From the NCBI RefSeq assembly GCF_009914755.1, contig NC_060937.1: DNA of 64,000 nt; one strand, written 5' to 3'. The notes under the pieces are model-generated. The model made no database searches, was not told where the DNA came from, and was given only the letters and a program-made list of their open reading frames with translations. Each line of letters opens with the position of its first letter. The stretch's first letter is position 1. The DNA is from the human T2T-CHM13v2.0 reference genome, Homo sapiens. A program made the position numbers and the translations under genes. Of this stretch, positions 56,926 to 64,000 are shown piece after piece.

Positions 56926-59900
56926 GGAGAATTGACTACATTGTTAACCATCAGGTAGGCTGATGACTCAGTCATAAATTAAACTGCATTTATAGAAATA
57001 GTTATATCTCTGCATATCTGAACTTGCTGTCCTAACTATGAAATTCCCCGTTTGTTACCAAAAGTATAAGAGCACATAAAACAAACTTGACATATGTCAT
57101 ATCTTGTCCTAGGATTGTGCCAATCTATTTTATGGGGTCTGCATAAATAGAACATGTACAGTTGAGGAGTTTTTGTCCCACAAATGTGAATTCCATAAAT
57201 ATTTTTAAAGTGCTTATTAAACACCTGCTATGGAAAGAAATTAGAAGCAACAGCTCACTGTAAAAGACATTTTTTTGAACATGGTTAATTTTGATTAAAG
57301 GTTTTATTTTTGTAAGATTTATTATTGAGAAATAATGGCATGTTTGATCTTTATAAAAAGCAAATTTTTCATAGCAAAATCAAAATATTAACTGAAGTAT
57401 CATTTAAAATGACTATAGTAAATGTTTCATATCATGTCCCTCCTTTCTTGTACTTTATTAAAGATTAATATTGAGTATCTAATTAATGAAATGAGATAAA
57501 CACTTACTTCAAAAAGACTTCTTTTTGAAGAAGTTTCTAGGAGGAATACACCAAATTGTCAAAACTTCTGTTTCAGAATCAGCTGACCTCAAATTGGAGC
57601 AGGCTAAAAACATGCACACAAGTGCGTGTGTACACGTACACATGCATCCTCCCCCATATAGAAACCCTCATTACTCATTAGTTAAGTTGTAATATATTCA
57701 GATGGAAAATTTTATCTCTAAGCGTTCCTCAGTTTCTAAGAATGGTAAACACCATGAGATATATTTTCCCCTTCTTTTCTTACCTTTCCCTTTTTAGAAC
57801 TGATAAAAGATGACTGAGTTCATATCCTACTTATATCAAAGTGCAATGCTTTAGGAATAGGACAGTATCAAGCATAAAATGGGAATTATCTCATAGGGAA
57901 GAGGAAGATGTGAAAAACAACACTCCTTCCGAAGATTTCCCCATCACATGAGTGTAGCAATTCTGAACAAAGCTTGACATCATTTGGGTTCTTCTAATAT
58001 TTTCTGGGCAGAGAAGAACGTTTCTTTAATTTCCCACAATGCCTCCAAATATAACATTAAGACATTTTATGCTCAATCTCGGCAGATATCATGATTTAGG
58101 AAACAGCATTTCCTCAGACTGCAATGCTATTTACCTTAATGATAGAATCAATTAGAATACAGTATAATCCAAACGGCATGTTTCCTCAGACCAAATTCCT
58201 TCAGAATCCCATGGAACGGGTCTCTGAAAGTTTGTCTATGGGTAGTGGGAGCAGAACTAGCATCTTTGCTCAAGTGTGAACGGTATTTCCAACGATCATA
58301 AACAATATTTTCATCTACCAAAGCCAAAATCACAGAGTACAATTAACAGAGTCACAGCAAAATGGTAAAATAATCTGTTAAAATAGTTAATACATTTATT
58401 TTTTATCTAATAAAAGTATCCCATGCGTTCAAGAAATAATGAGTGACTACTATCAAAAGGCACTGTCCTTTTTTTGAGAGAAGAGCATTAGTGTTCCATA
58501 TCAAACCATAAAATAAATAATAAAGGATAAAGGTTTTAAAAAAGTACTTTTATTCACACGTGAATCCAGCAGAAAGTACAATCTAATTAGCCTTGAAAAC
58601 ATCCACTGAAAATCAGAGATCATAATTGCAATTCAGCACTAATAGAATCATTACTTCTGAAATATATCTGAAATGCAGCAAAAAGACTTTTTCTTAGTTC
58701 TTGGCCTTTGAATTAAAATAATCTTTTGTTCCCCAAGCAAACAATCTTCTTGACTTTGTAACACTTGAAGGCTACTTTGCAGTTAAGTTAAAAAGAGGAA
58801 CTGTCACACATTTAGAATCTTCAAACTAATTGCCACAGAATCAGTGTTGGAATGACTTTGGAGGGAATCTATCCAGTTTCCTAAAGCAGTGATCCTTTAC
58901 ACAACACTCATGAAAGCTAGTAATAGAACCTCAGATTCAGCACTAATTTTACAAGAGTTCCTGCCTGAATAGCACTAATAGTTTAAAAATAAACATTCAA
59001 AGGATTCTATTGAACTGAAATTACTGTCACTTATACCCATTAATGATAATTATTATTGGAAGTTCTATGATGGCAATTCACTCTAGTCAGGCAATGGTCT
59101 CCAAGAATTGCTTGCTCTAAAGACAGTCAGTCATCTATTTTCTGTTACTATGCTAGTCTGTCATATTCTTCCTGCCTTGGGGCATTCTAGCCTGTGTTAA
59201 GGCTGCCCTCATTGTTAACTCTGTTACTATCATATTGCTTATAATTCTCTTGAAAAACATTGGATATCTGAGGAAGGAAGCTATCCAGGAAACAATATTT
59301 TAAAATCCTATTACAAAATAATGTCTAATTTCATCTAAACACTAATGCCTATTTATACCATTTACATGTAACATATAAATATTCAATTTCTTTGCTTAAT
59401 TTCCCCAGTCTGCCCTAGGGTATATTTATTCATCATCAAATGCCAAATACTACTGAGTTGTTTTTTTTCCCCCTCTTTGAGATAATCACTTTAGACTTTG
59501 AGCAACCTTCACGACCAAGTTCAACACCAATGAATAGATTTCCTTCAACTTTAAGGATTTAATGTCAGAATGACCCAAAATACAAAGAAAAGAGAGAACC
59601 TATTAATAAAAAAAGAAAAACCTGGCTCCACCTATGACCTTTTGACACACTGATATTTTCATCTTGAAAGATATACAAACAATACTATAGAAATACTGGG
59701 GTCTATAAGCTGGGCTAAAAGGATAAGAAGCACAATGGTTGTGCTAGATCGGTTGCTGAAACAATCAGCAGCCCAGATGCTTGCTAGCATTTCAAAAGTT
59801 CAACTGCATGACTTTCCATTTCAAATTAATAGATCTAAAAATCACACAATTCTCTGTAGCAAGAAATATGCCTAAAGATTAAGTTTTCTCTGACAATTAT

Positions 59901-60155
59901 CATTAATTTTATCAATATATCAATTTTAATTAATTTACTTATCAATTATTATTTATTTATCAATTTATAAATATATCAATTTTATCAAAATAACAATAAC
60001 TCATTATTTTTCAACACAGACTGGTCATTTTGCAAATGCATACTTTTGGCTATAGGAAGACAAGGAAAAGTTTTTTTTTTTTTACTTCATGGTTTTTTTT
60101 TAATCTGTCTCTTAAAATCAAAGAACAGAGTCTATGACTTATTGATCTATATTAT

Positions 60156-60490
<335 letters not shown>

Positions 60491-60502
60491 GATCTATATT
60501 AT

Positions 60503-60575
60503 GAATCAGCAAAATTTTTCTGTGAAGGCCAGCTAACAAATATTTTAGGCTTTGTGGGATATATGGTTTATGTTG
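60503..60575 (+). mobile_element. MER58-like hAT fragment
   Basis: tcagcaaaatttttctgtgaaggccag...aatattttaggctttgtggg. Confidence 0.75.
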
Positions 60576-63500
60576 ATTAGTGGAGACAGCTAAGGAGTAT
60601 TGAATGTTACAGACAAAGAAGATGCAATGCTGTGATTGAGTTCTCAATTATAATACAATAAATGTGGCTGACATTATCAAAGTTACAGAGTTTTCCACAT
60701 TGTGATAAGATCAAAAGAACTGATTGGTATGATTTTTTTGCCCTAGAATATGAACAGGGTGAAATTATGAATAAGTGATGTTAATATAAAGATTTCTTTG
60801 GTAAAATTCTTAGAGGTAGACCATGCTACACCTTAAAAATTTAAATTATTTTGCCTCAAATAAAGTTTATGAAAATTGGCATTTAATCTTTTATTCCCAG
60901 AGAAGTTAAACAACAAAAAGTGAAGTTCAGAATATAGTAAATACCATATTATAATAATATGAAAAACATTTTGAAAATGATTTTAAAATATTGGATGAGC
61001 AATAAACTAATTAGCATGAGGATATGCCACAAAAATGCTTAACAAGAGTGGCACTGATAACCCTCAAGAAAGTTTAAAAAGAAAGAAAGAAAAAGACAAA
61101 AGAAAAAAATAATCACTTTCAAATTAAGTTATGTTGGAAGTCTGAGAACCTCCTCTTTTCTGGGGCTTGTTGGAAGGGGACAAAGGATGGTGTGTGAGCC
61201 TTGTATAGCTGCATGGAGAAGACGCAAATTAGTGCACAAAGTGGTTGAACTCTGAATGAGTTTTCATAATTTAAGCTATGTTATTCCAGTGAAAGAGATG
61301 CCTGCACATAAGTGAAAAGCTGCCTAGCTAACTGACAGAGAGACTCTTGGAAAAATTTCCCACCAGACATTGCTTGCTACTATTTATGGAACAGAATTTC
61401 AGTTTCTTAATACCATCAGAAGGAAAAAATTGTTACATGGTACAGTTGGTGGACGTGGAAGAATGTCTCAGGGCACACATTACAAGTAAAGCACACAAAA
61501 TGTTTGTGCCACTCCTAAAACCTACTATATTGCAAATTCTCTGGTTCCTTAACTTCTATTCTGAGTCAAACAATGAAAGTACTGAACACATTTCTACCTC
61601 CCTCAGAAAAGTTGACCTCTGGCAACTATGTTGGGTCAGAACTATTCAGAACATTGAAGAATCCCTCCTTTGACTGTGACAATCGCCCCAGAAGTTCCAA
61701 ACACAAAGGGAAGACCACATGGCTTAAAACCACTGATTATGTTACCAAAGACATGACTGACCCTCTCACACATTTCCAGGGAAAATAATTCTCAATCTTC
61801 CTATATAGGTATAGTCTAGTGACAGTTACCACAATCATTTTGGTCCCTTTTTCCTGTACCATGGTTAAATCATCAGTGGTAAAATATAATAGCACAATAG
61901 TTAAAAATATGACCTCGTGAGAAGACTTGAGTACTGGCTTCATGGCTTGTTAAATCTGTGATCATGTGCAAGTAAATTAAACTTTTCGACATATAAAATA
62001 GTCTCATGAGTTTGTTATAAGTATTACATGTAATAATAAATATAGGCTGGCAAATAATATGTGATCAATAAATGCCAGCAGTAGTAGTAGCAGTTGTTGT
62101 TGTTGTTGTTGTTGTTACAATGTCTGTTCTATAAATGATGGAGTAAAGAAAAGAGAAATATATCCAAGCCAATGCAATTCCATTTGTTCTACCCTTCTAT
62201 ATCGAGAAATTACTAAAACTATTGGCTTATTTATATGCACCAATTGCCAATAACACTAAAAAACTGAAAGCATTACTGCACAAAACTAGAATATGGGCAA
62301 TTATGGAAAGTAATCTAAGTTTTATGATATCTGTAGAAGACAGGGTAATTGTTAAAGCTTTTATGAAAGCAAGTACAAACGTTAATTGCATATCTGTTGA
62401 GATTGGCAGAGACATTCCGAAGTAGAATTTATGTAATATGCATTTCCTCTAAAATGGAGGCCTAATTGCTTAGTTATTCTAAATTGCAGAATGGAAAACA
62501 AAGGAGCAGTTTTGGCCATGTGGGTAAACAACAGATTTCTAAAAGCTAATTATCTCTTTATTTAATAGACTGAAGTTGCACCAAATGAGACATTTAAGTC
62601 TAATAAATAATAGACAAATTGTAACCTAAAGACTAAAATATAGGAGCTGCTCATACAGTTTTTATTGCTCCATTAAATAAGCTCTTATTTACTTCCCCCA
62701 CAAAACATAATTACACAACACTGGGTCCATTTCAAGGCCATTTTGATCTGCTATTTAAAAATGATGTGAATCAACCTACATACTCAGGAAGTCTTAAAGT
62801 ATAATATTGAATTCTGTTATCAAATGCCCTATTTGTGTCCATGATTAAGAAACAGAAATGGAATTAAGAAAAAGTTGTGCATAATCACATAAAATTATTA
62901 CTACTACTTGCCTTACTAGAAATGATTACACTTAAGAAGAGTTATGCATTTTAAATTAATAACCACTAGGGTCTATGCTTAGTAGTTTTCATGTCAGATG
63001 AATAGGTACTTTTTAAAATAAAATAGTTCAAACTCAAGCATCAACCTTAGACATTTACTCAAAATTTATATGTTGATTAAATAAAGACATCATGAAAATG
63101 TAACTTGCTTGTTTATGTAATACCAAAACATTCAACAGAAATAACCAAAACTGTGTATGTGAATATTTAAGAGACCTTCAGGTTCATCATTTAAAAAAAA
63201 ATGAGAAAACAAAAACGAAAAACATCATGTTTTAACACTATAACATGAAAATAGGAGACTGCTTTCTTAGTTTGGTTGCTCAGAAGGATTTTTAATGCTT
63301 CATTTTTCTTCTTGGAGAAATTTAGTCCACTATTTTTATCTTTATTTTCATTCTATTAACAAAAATCACATTCTGAAATGATAGTGATAGTAAATAATAG
63401 TAGATTTGGAAATAGTTGCCTGTTCTCTTGCTGAGGGCAAGTAATGATTTACTATGGGTAAGAAAGAACAGGAATTTAATTTACTGTGCTACCTCAGATA

Positions 63501-64000
63501 GTGATACAAGAATTTCTACACCTGTGAAAAAATTCAGTTCTTATTTGCATGGAGAAAATACTAAAGCCATGAAAATATATGGAAGGAAGCTCCCTGTGGG
63601 TTTATGGCAGAGTTATGTGAAGATTTCTCTCTTCCTCCATCATCCAGGGGTATGTGCCTTACATATGAAAATAAGCTAAAACAAAAAGTTCCTGGCCCAG
63701 TGAGGTAACAAAACACTAATGTAAATTCAATAATTCACCCTTCCACATTCTTTTAAGGCTGAGAAAGTCGGGCTAAAAATTTCTACGAAGATTTGAGCAG
63801 TACCATGTTCTGTACTAAAATATAACACCTGCGAAGAAAAATTACATAAAGTTTCAACTGATCCTCACAATGTTTAAAAAACACACCATATTAGCACATA
63901 TAGTACAGCTTATAAGCCTGGTTATCCAAAAACCACATACACTAATTATATAAATCTTTCCAACTTCTGAGGATTTTTATTAAACAATATTTAAACTAGA

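Noticed and set aside
59890-60000. Degenerate (TTATCAAT)-like repeats
   Set aside because: AT-rich low complexity with no consistent period.

Overview
Human (primate) genomic DNA; the AluYb8 at 60156-60490 points to human. The window lies inside the 3' part of DIAPH3 (mDia2 formin), transcribed from the minus strand. Only two coding exons are supported: a 96-nt exon encoding the diaphanous autoregulatory domain (32233-32328) and a 60-nt exon (31694-31753). The 60-nt exon can either splice onward or read through into GNKPYL-stop. The rest is intron filled with Alu, MIR, L1M, L2, L3/CR1, MaLR LTRs, DNA-transposon relics and microsatellites. These explain many ORFs in the supplied track, and none of the other ORFs looks like a protein-coding gene. 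I see no prokaryotic-type system, CRISPR array or RNA gene. The best leads are: an AATAAA embedded in the exon donor site, a frame-symmetric exon pair (possible skipping or endless-ORF circle), tandem RFX X-boxes next to a 317-bp local duplication, and several short templated duplications. Repeat subfamily names and the gene identity come from remembered consensus sequences, and the edges of old repeats are approximate.
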